This document shows, piece after piece, positions 1 to 15,800 of a stretch of 64,000 nt of DNA (position 1 is the first letter of the stretch; the number at the start of each line of letters is the position of its first letter). The stretch is taken from NCBI GenBank assembly GCA_965285935.1, contig OZ260665.1, forward strand, positions 46,438,001 through 46,502,000, read 5' to 3'. The notes beneath the pieces were generated by a model. The model was not told where the DNA came from. It worked only from the letters and a program-made list of their open reading frames with translations, and did no database searches. This stretch comes from Ophelia neglecta. Its lineage: Eukaryota. The position numbers were made by a program, and so were the translations under genes.

Positions 1-3000
1 CATGCTTTACTGAACATTTTGCCAATTCATCTTGAGATTGGTTGAAAGAAGAGACTTTAGCTTACATGCAAGTGACTTTTGTCAACTGTCAAGGATTGTG
101 TCAGAACACTGATGAGTGGCCATGAACAACTTTTAAGTTACATGATCCCAGTGTAATTTATTGCATGTTTTAAAGGATCTTTTTAAAGTTAGGAAAGGCT
201 GTAAAGTTAAATTAATCATTTTTGATTTCAGCCCCTTAAAAATGTGTTTGCTCCTTATAACTATAACTCCACCATGTATTTAGTCTTATAGGTTTAGCCT
301 TGAGATGAGATGGTGACAAACTTCTTTATTTTTCATATTACCTTTAACACCCTTTCATTCATTTAGTCAGTGCATTGATCATGTTGATATGTGCTTAATT
401 AAGTTTTTATGCACTTTGCTCTTTATATACTGACAATATATATATAATAATTTACTTTTGTCTAGTTGTCTGAAATTTTCCAACTGTCCAGATAGATGAA
501 GTAGAAAGGAGGTTATAAATTGTCGTTTTGAAAACTATAACCAAAAGAAATGTGCTGGTGTGCTTAGAATGCATAGCATGGTTAGAGAGAAAATGACTGC
601 CCATTTCCCTAATAAATGTTCACTACTTTAAATGTATATGATATTTGTGCTGACTGTATTTTATAGAGTTTTTATTACATAGATATTCCCTAAACTTCAG
701 AGCTGATCAATTGCTTCTAAATTGATTTCCACTTCAGGTCGCTGATAATGTTGATAAATCTTTGTCATTGACCCTGTGTAGGTCTGAAATGTCCCTGAAA
801 CATTACCCTGGAGGATGCCCACTGTATGAACGTAAGGAATATCACTGTATGATCAGAAGTCTAATCTATAGAAAAGGCTGCACAATGTGATTGAGTATAG
901 CATGTCGCATTTGCATCGGCTGACTTTTTCATGCCCTGCGTCTTGATTTGATCTTTCAAATAGATTGGCTCTAGCCTTGTTATTGGGGAATCTGCCTTCC
1001 AAATGAATAATAGCCAGAGTAGATTGGGCAATCTAATTGGGAGATATTGCCAGTGTCCTTCTTGGCCTCACTCTCTGGGATTGGATGATTGATTCCTCCC
1101 GATGGTATCAATGAAATTATGATTCCTCTCACTAAAAAGACTGTATACAAGAAACTGTTCATTTTTCAAGTAGCCTAATAAAGGCTAGTCTCAGTCTCAT
1201 CCCTGTATGTGTGTAAAGTGTTTAGATAGCATTGTCTGTTAAGGCAAGTTAAATGATCCCTGTGGTATGGAACAATAATAAGAGTAATTACCCATTAACA
1301 CAAATATCTTATTTTAATAGAAAAGAAAAGTCATATGAAACTAAACTTAGTCCAATGAGACTATAAGCAGATAGAACTGGAACTGTGGAAATACTGGTGG
1401 GTTTGGCAGCAGTTTACCTTTATTAAATTTTGATTGCTTGTTTGTAAGATTAAAGATGTTCCTGAAGGGTTGACGATGAAAATACTTGCAAATGTTTGTG
1501 TTTGATAAACATGATTTGGTGTACCTGATTAATTTGGTAAAAGACAACAACCCCTGTAATGCGCATTGCTCGAAGTACAGCCAAATGTGTAGGGTATTTC
1601 CTAGCATTCAGATTAAACTGATAAATTACATAAAACTGGCTTGGACACTACCATGTTTCTTTAAGAAAAGCCATGCCTAGGTATATAATACTGTAATTAC
1701 TGGCTGAGTGAATTATATAATCCCTATAATAATTTGTGAAATTAATATATATATATGTTCAGTTGCAATAAATTTAAAAGCTTTATTGACATGAATTGAA
1801 AATTGACTGTCAGGTCATTGATGGGTTAACCACTCCATAGTCTAACATCACTGAGGTCATGGCCCCTAAGCTTCCTGAAAACCTGAGATACTGAGCTGCT
1901 TGTGTAAAGTAGTTCTGCTCACATATCAACAGGTAAATGAGTTTTCCACAGAATTCCTAGTTGTTTAGGTGTTTAGTTTTGTTGCCATTTGTTTAATTAT
2001 CCTCTAAGCCTGTGGATACCAACACAGTAACCATACTGCAGGCTCTCAAAGCTGCAGGGAAGGGAGATGAAATTACCTATCATCTCTGGAGGAAAAGTGG
2101 TGAAATAGAACCCTAGAATTACTTAGAAGGCAGAATACTCTGTATTTCTAGGCCCCAAGACACTCCTGGCTAGCAGCTATCGGGTAATTTGTGGCAGAGC
2201 TTCATCTGCTTTGACCATCAAACACTCTCGCTGGTGTACTGATCTGTTGTTCCTTAACTTAAAGTGTAAAGTTGAGGTTACCTGAGGTTTGTAGTTTAAA
2301 ACTTCCTTCGCATTGAGAAGATGAGTGTAAGAAATGATTCCCTTACCCAAAGGTAGATTGCATGATTAAAAAAACTGATTGCCATCAATACTACAGTCTC
2401 TTCAAGTAGTATAGGGCTGGCCATGCTGGTATTGTAACTGTATCGGGATAAGCCACTTGCTGGATAAGCACAGCAATGGAAAGCAGCTATGAAAACATAC
2501 TTTTCACCAAACTGTGTATCCAGATAACATTCAAGCACAATATGCCAGGAAGATATATGCTCTGGGTATAAACATATTAGAGTTTAGATACACATGGTAG
2601 TCACACCTCACAGATGGTAGTAATGTGTTTGCAACATTTCATTTTCATAAGCCGTAAGGACATTTAACCTTAAATATTCACTGTATAAGATGGTATCTTA
2701 TGACAATTCAATTGCAGCTTAGATGTCAAGAAGGTTTTGTTTGGTTTCTTTTTGTTGAAGAGTCCTATGACACTTTAATAGTACAAAACACTATGACATT
2801 GTATAAATGCCATTCAGGAACACTTAACAATATTAGTTTGTTGTTACTTGTCAATTTTTTAAATATAACTCTTCAGTGTCTTCCTGAGGGCAGTAAATAT
2901 ATATAAATCCATAAGCTTCACTCCTTGGTAATTTTCAACCATATAGTCTTTATCAACATTGATAACTATATAGGACTACATTGTGCAACCATCTTCACAG

Positions 3001-6000
3001 AGAAGTGACAAGTTGAGCATTATCCGTTCAAAGTGACATAATTTCTGTAGTTATGACATCATTTCCGCTGGCGAATACTACATTTTCCTCATTATATCAT
3101 ATATCACCAGCGACAAATAATTTTATCAAAACAAGTACCAATTGAGAGCAGCCCCATTAAAATGAATGTAGACATGCAACATAATATGCATACATGTATT
3201 TATATATACATATATAGATATAAATAGATATAGGTACATTGTATATAGATGTAAATATATGTTTTGTTTCTTTTTAGTAAAAGATTCTCTTAGTTTTATG
3301 ATGAATTATTATTTTTATATTTTAAAAGCTCAAGGTAAAATTTGTGATGATGGCAGGGTTCTTCTCCCTCTCCCGGTCAACCACTATTATTTATTTTTGT
3401 TCAAAACCTTCTGTTGCAGCTGTGAGCAACTGACATCTCCTACACTTGGAAATTAGGTTTTTATCGTGTTTTTGTGTGCAAAACATACACTTTGTGAACT
3501 TCTTGATTTGAAACAATTATGAACCATCAGAAAAAGACACTATAATTCCTTCCTTGAGGGGATGCTCCAACAGTTTCGAGTAGTTAGAGCAAAACTTAAC
3601 ACCTAATGAATGTTGGCCCTGACAGGATTTGAGTGATTCCCATTGAGGTAAGCATACCGTACAAGTCAGAGAGTAGATACATGTGTTACCTAGGAGTATT
3701 GTGTGCTATATGTTGCCCCTGTCATCAAATTGAAAAAGACAATGCTGTTGATTTCTTTCAGTCAAAGAGGAAAACCTAAAACTGAACTTGTAGTTGTGCA
3801 GTTCTAAGTACTCTACCTCAGAATACCTGATATATTGTCCTCTTCATCCTGCCAAGAGCTGAGAATGCCAACTGTCAGCCATAATTAAGGGCTTTTTGTT
3901 TTAAGCCAGATGATTTGTCAGTTGTTTTTATCAAAGCCACCATCGATGAGGGTGGTTCTCTCCCAAGCCCTCCTCTGGCCAGCTTATTCACCTTCTATCC
4001 CCTCTCTCTGTCAGCTAAAACTCTAGAGAATGCCAACTTCACACTAATACTGCTGGGCACATGCTAGCTGTTCTAAATTTTCCACAGTTTTATTACGGAT
4101 TAAGATACCTGAGCAGCACTCTAGAGAGGGAAATGTCAAAAAGCCAAAAAGAGTGCAATTGACACCCTGGTCAGCATGTGTGGCAGGCTGTCAGAGCTCA
4201 GTACAGCCATGTACATCTACATGTACATGTAGATACAGGTCTGATAATCTGCACCTGCCCCTCCTGCAGGCTTGCTGCTCCTTCTGATACAGAACTCCCA
4301 TCAGTACTACTAGGAGCCCAGCATCACTTCATTTGTGGCTGGAGGTATGACTACAGTAAGTGGAGTTAGTACTCAACTTGATAGAGTTACCGGCAGTACT
4401 GTAATTGATACTGTGCACATTGATAGCTGTCTCATTCTGAAATTTAAAGACAACTTATAAAGAAAATGACTTTAATTAATTCAACTTGAAAGAGTTCCCT
4501 ACATGTTTGTATGTGTTCTAAGTCTTTGTCACAATATGTAGCTGTTTTTTCATTAATGTTTTAGAATGCTCTTTCAACAGTCTCATAAACACCAAAGTGA
4601 TACAACTAATTTGCATACAAAAACGCTCCAGGAAAGCCTCAGCACACTGCTCTGGTCTTCTTTCAACTCCATTTAGAGGCTAATTTAGGGCTGCTTATGT
4701 AATATAAAAATTGCTGTTTGATAGAATTGGATGGCTGTGGAATCTGTGCATTGTGGAATGCTTTCTGTTTCCATTCTTTCACTGTTCAGAAACACTTCTT
4801 TGCCTAAAGGCTTCATTGTGCACAGTGGAGAGGAAGGAGAAAGTTCTTCAAAGTAGTTTGTATCCTTCAATGTTAAATTGTTAACAGACAATATAATGAA
4901 TGAAGTGTCTGTATAATGACATTTAGGTTGTTGTGATTTTACACTGTGCCATAGATTTGCCTCAAGACAAGCCACAGTGAGTTAGAGGCTCAAGGCGGTG
5001 AATTTCCAGACCCTGATAACATGCCAGTCAATGACCAGCTACCCACACCAGAACACTAACCTATGTCTGGCCAACACAAACTAGGAGAAGATCAAAGCTG
5101 AAAAGTAACAGGGATACCCGTAGAATCTCCGAACAGTCCCTAAGTTGGGCCATCTGGCTTAATTTGTGTTGGCCAGCTACTAGACTGGAGAGGATCTGGC
5201 TTGTGTACGTTTGGAGGGGGCCTTCATTGATGTGGACAGGGTTGACCAGCAGATAATCAACCAGCAGATAATTACTACTTGTTTTAGTTTTACAAACTAT
5301 GCAGAAATATGGCAATGAGAAAAGGTTGCCTTTGAAGCCAGTCTGTCTTTTAGTCTCCTACCATTCTAATCACCTGGGAGTTGGGCAGGTTATATATCGG
5401 TCTCCTGGGATATGCTGGAGTGATAGTATTGTACATCACCCTGGTCAGTCAGTACTCTTTAGAAACTACTAGTCCAGGCATGTATAAACATCACTTTTCA
5501 GGTTCACATGTTAAAAGTGGAAGATGTATATTATTTGGGGCCCAATGCACCAGTTGTTTTAAATATGCACCTGTTAATACCTGTTATGATCAGTTGACAG
5601 ACATACATCAAGTACACAGTCTGACGGTGATTGACAGACAGGTGTAAAGGAAGACTACTCATCTTAGGTCAGCGCCTGTCACCTTTATCATGACGTCTGC
5701 CACCGAGCCACCCTCTGAGGATTGCAGAGTATGTGACAGCATTTAGGCCAATCTCTATTAATTTAATATGGCTTAGAGACTGGTGAAAGTGCATACCTTT
5801 TGTGTATGGATTGCTTTTGCATATGAAGTGCATACAATACATAAAACACGAAGTGCATCAAAGTTCATAAAATCAGTTGTGGGCATACTAAAAGTATTTA
5901 TTATTCAGATGGCATTAGGTTTCCTTGAATATCAGTAAAACAATACACTGGAGATGGAGACATGTCATTTAATCACAATTTATAAACTTTATCTTGTTTG

Positions 6001-9000
6001 CCTCATGGTTGCTTTTCCCTCTCTGTTTACACAGAAGATGATGCTGGTAAAATATTTATCTCCCAAGCTCAGGCTTTGTTAGTCTGTGACACATTACACC
6101 AGTCATTATGTCTGATTGTTTATATGTCAAATTTTTTAGGTGCTGTGCTGACAGACTTTGTGAATACCTATTCATCACCTCACTATTAAAACATTAATTT
6201 ACCACATTTAAAGGGAATAGAACTCATAGAAAGTACATTAGTAACCCTATCTGGATGATAGGGTTTGGCATTGGTAAACCACAGGACCAGAGACAGACAC
6301 CCACAGAAGTCAGGGTCTCAGACATTGGCGTCCTCCCCATGCATCAATCTCTGTCTCCAAGTTGTTGATATCTAAAAACAAATAATAATGTGACAGATTA
6401 ACTAATTATGACAGCCATGACAACCAGTCAGACCCGTTGGTTATTAGGCATGAATTCTTAAGAGCAACTTAATAAAAACCAGAGTTTGGAATTTGGCACA
6501 TGTATCTATAATCTGAGTTAATCTTCTGCTAAAGTCAGATTATCCATGGTTCATTAGAATGTATATGATAGCTAGAGCATGTCCCTAGATCATATTAAAA
6601 AGCACTGCATAGATCTTATCAGTTCCATACCATACATTTATTTACTTATGCGTCACATTTCGCTTGGGTTTGGAGAAGAATGGTGCTTCAGGCAGTCCTA
6701 GCTGGACGTTTGCTATCACTGACATGTCAGTTTATGAAATTTAAAAATAATGGACTAACTTATTATATTGGATGATGGGAGGACATTTCTCCAGTTCAGG
6801 TTCCAGACATGTAAATGTATGCTGTTTTTTTGTTATGCAATCTACATTTTACATGCAATCAGCAATCATATACATATTTCCTATTCTTCTTGGGGTGCAC
6901 GAGGTTGGGATTTGTCTTCTTGATTATGTAGTACATTGGTAGAATGGAGATACCCCTTTGGTATTGGCTTCCAGATAACCATGGCTTGGGGGCATTTGAT
7001 AAACACATGACAAGAGTGCAGATTGTGCTCCAACCATGTTTTATCTTGGCCAGGAAGTCAACTTTTGACCTGCCTAGCATAGTTCTTCAGGGGTATTCAC
7101 ACTAGGATGAGCAAGTCTACACTGGAATCACAAAACTTTCTCTCTGCTAATAACTCTGATTTGTTCATGACTTTTTTCTACAGTGTACTGATCAGACCGA
7201 TAGGATCCAATAGCAGAGGCTTAAGTAAATTTGTACAAAGTCAAACTACTAGAAAATCTGAACAGTCTTCTCATTCAATTAGGTGAAAGAGCCACCAGAA
7301 GAGATGTTTAAAGTGAATAGTCTCCTATAGAAGCAAACAGGTACTTGAGATCAGAGGGGAGTGTGCAGCATTTGGCATAGTACCATGGTTCAGTAGCCTA
7401 AGTCATATCAGAAAAGACCGATACCAATCTGTGTATAGTTAATCTCTTGTTTAATCCATACTGCTGAGCCCTGGCTTTGGATTAACCTTTGACTTGTTGA
7501 TGTTTATCTATAAATCTCTTCATCCTTCCATAATCAAAGTGTTCATGGGGCATGTAATTACCTGGTTTCAAACAGCACTCTGTTCTCCATAGTGATCTAT
7601 GTCAACTTTGGCATCCAAGGACTTGCTGTTTGGTTAGTTTTTGTTGTTGTCTAACAATAGCAGTGAAGTGGGCTCTTTCCAGTAAGTTGATTTTATCCAG
7701 CCTGGCTGGCCACAGGTCCTGTTATCTCTTTCCTCTGAAGGTGGTGCTCTGGGCTCCCTCTTGCATTTACCCTACTCCCCTGTGTATTGCACAGTGCTCT
7801 TTGAGGGGGCAGTTACACCAGACAAGTAATAGTTGTAGGAATGAACAAGATTACCCTAGAGAATGAGCAAAGATTAGGGGTGACATCATGCTATAATCAA
7901 TGCTCCCTGACTCCTTTGATTCCTCATGTGTGGGTGAATTTTTAATGAAAGCAGACACGTGTTTTTTGTAAATACCGTGGCAATTGCAGATTTTGAAAGC
8001 AGTAAGAGTGGCAGCCAACTTGATTAATTAAAGAACTGAAAAGCTCTGAGAAGGCCCTGGAGAAGTTAATGGTTAACTTCCCAGAGAAGACTCAAGTATC
8101 AGATGGAATTTTGTTTATGAAACTCAATAATTCAGAATTCCAGCCATAGTGTACAATTCACATGTAATGATCCCTTTCTGACTCCACTACAACCCATCTG
8201 CAACATTTTTTAAGTTAGTATACTACTGGTATGCAAGGTAAATCAGACAGTGAACATGCTTTCTCAAAACATCAGGAGTGCAGTGCCATAATTAGGATGG
8301 GATTCTAGACACAGAAATGTAATTGTGGTAGGACTAGATTACCAATAATCTAGTCCTATGACTGATTGATTGTCACTATGATGGATTGTGATAGATAGGC
8401 CGACAATGACCATTTCGAGTTGCAGGCAGGAAAACAATTGAAATTTGAGAACAAGTCATGCAGAAAACACAATTGTAGGGGTATGTCACCAAAATGAGAA
8501 ACTAGGTAGGGGTGAATAAAAACTCATGCAACATTATTGAATGATATCCAATATTATCATATCACATCCGTAGATATCATGATATATTGAGTCTCTTAAA
8601 AACCCTTCTTAAGTAGAACTGGTTTAGCAGTCATGTGTGTATAACCCAATGCACAGCTATGTACATGTATCATGGGATATTAATTATGAACTGTACTCTG
8701 CCTGTGTATGCATTTTTTCATCAGTGAATTTTAAGTATGGCCAGGGATATTGTACGTCAGGCTATTATACATAAGAAATTGTACCTTTGAGTTGACATGG
8801 AAGTATGTCACAATCACTTAAAATAAAATAAAGCAAAATTCTAAAATTCATGACTGTGAAATGTATTTGCATTTTAAGGGCACATACATTCTATACAAGT
8901 ACCTACATTCAGACAAAGGGTGTATAAGAATTTTGTGAATTTCTAGATTGGGTCAATCAATTACCAAGAGGATGATAAAACTTGGATAATTTATGGGCCT

Positions 9001-9758
9001 AAGATGTCTGCCTCATACTTTGAATAGAAGCCTGTATTTTTTTTTTGCTGGTTTTAAAATATGTACTGACAGAGGTGAAGCAGGCTCATATAATTTTGAG
9101 AGACATAGACAGGTTTTTGCCATGAAGGGCCTCTGTGAGCTGTGATAGTGGTATACCAAGGCTGAGGTCCCTAGTGTCGACATGACCAGATGCTTGCTGG
9201 TGATGGAGCCAGGAAACATGTGTATATAGTTTACCAGTATTCCTGCTGCAAAATATAAGATTTTTTAGGAAATCTTGATGCATGCTTAGCCAGACCAGTG
9301 CAACAAAGTTTCATGATCATGAATTAAAAGAATGGCATGATGATCTGATGATCCTGGTCCACCATGGACAATTCATTCACTCCCTTCAGATATTACATGA
9401 ATCAAATCACTACTTAGAACATAAATAACACCAAACCTCTTGGGGCATTTAAGACATCTCTGGATGCATGATTACCTGATTAGTTTATTTTCCAATGTTT
9501 ACCCTAAATGTAGGCTGGGCCAAGTCTAATCTGCTGAGACTTGATCAATGAACTTACATTGAACTGTTGTGCTGCAAAGCAGCTTTTGACTTAATCAGAA
9601 CAGCAGAGCAACATCATGACACTTATAAAATAATAAGAACAGTTTTGCACACTGCCTGAGAGATAATGTGAAATTTATAAATTCGCTTAAGACGTAATAC
9701 CGGTAAGCTGCAAACTTCTATGTAACTGAGTACTCATAACTTTATAGTTAATCTACGA

Positions 9759-9863
9759 ATTTCCGTGTATTGACCAACTTTTTCAGTTGGGCAAATGAAT
9801 ATCTGAAGCCCGAAGGGCTAAGGATATTCATATCCATAAGAAAGTTAGTTTATACACAGAAAT
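9759..9863. repeat. Imperfect ~105-bp palindrome (fold-back element)
   Basis: Outer arms ATTTCCGTGTATTGACCAACTTT / AAAGTTAGTTTATACACAGAAAT. Inner arms ATGAATATC..AGCCC / GGGCT..GATATTCAT around a GAA loop at 9812-9814. Confidence 0.75.
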
Positions 9864-12800
9864 GAGTGGACTCACTGACTTAAACCTTTCCCAGGATACT
9901 AGTGATTAATTTTGTCTACAATAAGTAGCATTTACTATATTTATCAGAGGAATAGTTCCAGCTCATAGGTCAGATAGAGATATTATAGGGCAAGCAGACT
10001 TGATGAGTACTTCATGTTTGTTTTGGTCAACAATCCTCCTGCTGATAGATGTAGCTAGCCTGGGTTCTAAGGTGGCCTAAATCCATGAACAATTCAATGA
10101 AGATGCATTCAATGACCAAACCATTTCCCACATATTGCTAAATTTAGCCTATATCCACTTGATGAACAGTGCTCAAGAAACAAACTGCAGATCTCATACA
10201 TTAGAAGAAATTTTCAGTGTGCCAAAATAATTTGCCAATTCTACAAGTTGATGGTACAAGTACATGTATGTTTAAACTTTACTTCTTTTGTGGTTTGTGC
10301 AAAAGGTTAATCTCACATGCATATTCAGGTTTAAATTCAATGTCTTCATATTTGTAAGCAGGTAATTTTTTATTGCCTTTTGTGTAACATCTTCCCAAGA
10401 GGGCACTGAAGTCTGTTCCCCCACACTGTAAGGAAATGGGTACTATGTTATTATTTAACTTTCTGTGCTAGGTACTTAACCTAATAGTAGTCCTTGTTAT
10501 TCTGAATGCATGCAATAGACTGTGACCAGCCACTGTGACCAGCTGTGTATTATCTTATAAGATTAATCTTTGGCATGAAACAGAAGAAAGAAAAGTTTAA
10601 TGGGACATTATAACATTGCTCCCACAATACATCAAGGGTTAGTCTTTAAAATAATAATCTATCTAGTGCACTATCTTGCACTGCACCATGACTGACCATT
10701 TTGATAAGAAATCTATTGCATGTCTATAATAATAGTGCAAACTACATGGGATACCAGTCAATTTGTGTAAGCTTAGGACAAGTTTACCCAGCCTCCCACT
10801 GTGGACAGGTGCAGTGGATGTCCAGATATGCCATGTACCTCTTCTAATTTCTTCTGGGGGTGGAGTTCTATGATAGCTTCATTTAGTTTGATTGGTTATA
10901 ATTTGGTGCATCATGGTGAGCAGGTATGCCAATGCTGTAGGCTTGCTATCTGCTGACAGTGTCAGCAATTTAAATATCACTTAATTGTTGTCCTCCATAC
11001 TTGTAGCATGTTGTCACTGTTATTGGACAGTAGATATATGAGCATATACTTGTCTAACCCTGGAGGTATCAGTTCCAGACTTTCTTGGTTGCTAGTTCCC
11101 AAATTCTTCAAATGTATTAGGTATAATATATGGCTGGTTATAAAAGTTTCCTCCTTAGAGTAAAGAGTGGGCATTGTATTGAGTGGGTATTTTCTGCTCT
11201 TAATGCCTTTATGATATAGGAGGCTCAGACAGAATGGGCGTTCAAAGAATACAGGAGCATCTGCAAGAACCACTGTTGTCTTTTAACAGGTCAGAGGCCA
11301 AGTCAAACTTATCATAAGAGCGTCTGAACACTCTGTGCCAGAGACTGGCATACCTTCCCTATTTTTGAAGTTACATGGGCCATACTCCCATGGATGTCAA
11401 ATTAAGTACACCCTACAAGTTGTGTTATGATGTTGTGATGCCTATAAGACAGTTTTATGTCGCTATATGTATATGTGTGCTGAGTTTGACCAGGTTCATG
11501 GCATGGATGAATGCTGCTATCATCACCAAACACTGTTTACTATGTTGAGATACAGTCATGGAGCCTCTGAAATGGTTTATATATAATGTACAACATTTAT
11601 ACATCATGTGCATGTTTTCAACAAAATCAATTTTCTGCTGTGTTCCAAAACCTAAAATGTGAATCTTATAAAACATTGATTTTGAGATGGAAACCTGCAG
11701 GAAACACCTCTCTGGGATAATTGTAGCAAGATGCTTCCTTCTGTGGTATTTACTCTCAAAATGTTACATCTGCATTGATTAACATTAAAGGTTTTTACAA
11801 TTTCATCTGTGCAGCTGTTTGCAATCATAACATAGTTTAAATTGCATGCAGTCAGTTGATATGATGTATAACTGAGTATGAAGGGAGGTGTGACCTTGAG
11901 GCCCTACCTATCACATATTTTGTTTGGGTCACTGCCTGTAGAAGTCATTACACAGCTCAGATGGTGAGAGTTCAGCTTGGTGTCCAGCCAGACAGATATA
12001 TACCTTAGCTCCTGAATGGCCGTGGTGTGGCCATGAGCTGTTTGGGTTAAGACTCCTCTCATGATCCCTGGAGGATTAGGCACAGCAAGGGTCACCTCAA
12101 ATCAACAAGGATTTACTCCTGCTTTCTAGGTTATAAAGCATGACTTGGAAAGCAAGTCATACAAAGACGCTTCTCAGATGCCTCTAATTCCTTTAATTCC
12201 TTTCATTCTTTTTCTCTTTGCTTACTACGTAATGATTAGTTTCCAGCTTTCCAAGTGATTGGTTAATGGTATACTTTGTTGCTGTTTAGCTCTGTTTGAT
12301 TGTGCAGCTCTTTCTGACATTGAGAAGGAACCCCTGCTGCCTAGTGCTCTTTCCCCACTGCCATCAAATGCTTTGCTGATCTCTTGTACTGTGCTCTCCT
12401 ACTCATCTGCCTCAACCAAGCTATGACTAGCTTTACAAAACTTCTGGAATTTCCTCAGAACTCCCTGAGCTCCTGAGACCTGAGAGCTGTAGGTGGTATA
12501 TCTTAGTATCTCAAAGATGATTCCAATTATAATAATTGATGTGTTTGGGCTTTATTATAGGTGCTGATAGGAATGAAATATATGGTGATGCTGTTGCCTG
12601 GGGTGGCAAGGAAGAGTGTGACAGACAGTGATAGCCACCCTGCAGGAAGGGCAGGGAGGGTGGGGGGTGACACACCCCCAGGGGCATCCCTCTGTCCCTG
12701 TGTCAGCATCAACACTAACCTGACAGTGGTCACCGATGATAGCATTATGAGATCCAATTACTGACACCTCTTCTAAACTGTCAGCTTATGATAATTTGAA

Positions 12801-15800
12801 ATTTATCAAATATTATTAGATTATGGAGTGAATTTATTTGGCAGTATCAATAGATTAGTTTAAATCGCAACCTTCCCAAGTAAATGTTCCATAATATCAT
12901 TGAAGGGTGGGGACAGTAACCTTGAAAATGGCCATGTGTCTTTTTTCTTTATCCATTTTTTATACCCAAGTTCACACCTAGGCTGTGTATGATTTTTGGT
13001 TGCCATTAACCTGTTCGACTCCTTGGCAATTTTGGTCTTCCTGGCATGTTTATGTCAAAGTGTGCTTTAGTTTATTCCAAAGTGTGCTTTAAGAGGGCAC
13101 TGGACTGACTGAATGATTGTTGGTGTCAGTCTTTATTTAAAATAAATACATCCTATCATAAAGTTTATAACCTGACACCTCAGATAATGGCAGCCCTGCC
13201 ACCTGAATATTCCAGTCTGTAAATTCTCTTATCATCCAAGCTTGTGGACTTACTAGGAATTGATAACTGGTATGCATCAAGAAAAGATTAATGGGGCATG
13301 AAGACAAATGTCAAGGAAATTATCATGTTTTCTGATCTGTTTATCAATAATTTCAAATACTCAGACATCAGTGAATGCGAATACCTGTTAATATTTTGGA
13401 CACACCAACATGTCAGGCTAAATCCATACCCTAAATTATGTAACTTATCATAAATCCACTTGATGTAGGTTTGATTGTAAGTACTAAGTGAATTGCTGTA
13501 ATGTTATGTTGTGTAGGTGGTATTAGAGGTGGGTGATAAATATATACTAGCCCCAAGCCCCCTTTAAAGTGGGTTTGATGATGGTTGTGATATCCTTGAT
13601 TTGGTCCGTGTTATATAACCTGCAGACTACCTGCATCTGCAATAAACACTCACAATATATCTTAGATGTTCTGATGTGCTACATTTACCTGTAGGTTATA
13701 TTAGCAGAACATTGTGGCTTATGCCAATACCCTTAGTGACTTGTCATTTTTACCATGGCTTTCAGCAAAATATCACTTAAATTATCTTGCTGGTCTTTTC
13801 CATTATCAACTAATAACAATATAATTATCAGTTCATGTTCATTTTGATAGAACTATGAGTGACGTTTTACAGCTCAAACTTGGTTTAGATGTAAACGTTG
13901 TGGGAGCATTACTCTTCATGATTGCGGATTTTACTTCACAAAGCAGAAAGCCCCGAGTCTAGTAATGGCATGATTACATGCCAAAGTGCAAATATGAAAC
14001 TTTTCAAAGTATTGAATTTCCTTCACTCTGTATTCTGGCAACATCACTGAAGAAAAAGTTCTCATAGCCTTCACTAATGATGGGATTCAGCCATTTGGTT
14101 TAAATGAGGATTAAGATCAAATTTCTCCAATCAGGGCTACCAAATTGCCTACCACAGTGTGGACTATTTTTGCTCTCTGTCCAATTGTTTTTGAAACTTT
14201 TCAGTTGTCAATCAGGATCAGTTGAAAGGTATTGGCTTATAGTGTCTCAGCTAAATTAAATTTGGCAATGAAAGAAAGATGATGCAAATTTATATAGTAC
14301 ATGTACTCCCACACAACAGTTGTTGTCTTTAACTCAATGTTATATCCTGAGAGGACCATGCACTACAAGAGGTACCACAGCCATCAAAGGTGTACCAGGC
14401 AATCATTGACACCGGTTGATGGAAAATTGGCTCTCTCTGCAACATGGCTATGTTCTTTTGGAAAATTTCAACCATCAGCTGATAAGTGTTCCTATTAATA
14501 TTTGAACCCATTTTATTAGAATAAATATTGATTCTCTTAAAAAAAGCACTGTAGGAGTTTATATAAATACTAAATCATAAATGCATGTTACTAATGAAGG
14601 TTTAATAATGAGTAACATAGTTCATAAAATTATGATAGATTTACTGCAGGAATAAATAATCACCAGCTTTGGACTTCTTTATATTGCAAAAATGATTAAT
14701 ACAGTGTATATGGTTCCTGTTGTACCATTTTACTTAATCACATTAATAATGCAGCCAGCATTCCTTGGATGTCTCTTTGAAAATGTTTTGTTTAATTTTA
14801 AGTGGGCTATGGCTGCTTGTATGTAGTCTGAGATTCTGGTCTGAATTAGTTTGATCATGGACAGCAATTTGTGATATGAGATATTGATCTTGCCAGATCA
14901 GATTTTGAAAATCCTTTACTTTCAGACAAGTATACTCAAAGTAGAAAAGACATATTGTGGATACACATCCTACAAACTAAACACATTTTTCCTAATATAT
15001 TTGCATTGAAACAGCTTAGTAATAGTCTGTGTTAGAAATACAAATAGGGATATGCAAAAAGAAAGTATTCAGTATCACTAGTGATTGTTTACTTTATCTG
15101 ATCACAGAATTGTGCTATGATTTGTATTGGGGTTCTCTACTACAAGTACATGTTATTTTTTTACATTGAATGCAGGTTACTATTGAAGCACCAAATATTC
15201 AAATAATGTTCCCCACAATTATCAACCAGGAAAATAAAGCATTGTTTTATGACAGGCTGGCCCTTGTGTGTGACCAGTGACCAGTTAATTGAGCAGGAAA
15301 CTGAAAAGAAAAAAATTTATGAACCAGTGGAATAAAGTACAGATTTATGATGTATAGTTTTGTGTAACAACATGTAAAATGGGATCCATTTTCTGAAACT
15401 GGCTTTTCCCTGAGGGGGCTATACCAAAAAAAAATTAATGCTTAAAGTTTATACTTCTGTTTTTGGAATGAATATGTTTTATTTATGCAAGTAAAGATAC
15501 CATGTAGTCACAAAAAAGATCTGCTACCTTTTCAATGAAAGAAGGGCTTCTAAAATGAGAGTTTGCCTCAATAAAAAAATGTTGACTTACTGAATGTTAT
15601 TTATATATTACATTTTTCTATTAAAATGTAGCATTTGTTGCATTGTCCCATGAGCAAAGAAAGAAGCATAGCAATCCAGACAGCACTACAGCAGGAACTC
15701 AGCACAGACCATCAAAACACTGTTGATCCCTTGATTGCTGAAACTCAATTTGCTGTGAAACTCGGTCCCAAGAAATTGGACAAATCAGATTTGGGACAAT

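Noticed and set aside
3066-3112. Short inverted repeat CGCTGGCGA ... TCACCAGCG
   Set aside because: Too short to call; possibly a transposon fragment, but no termini or TSD identified.
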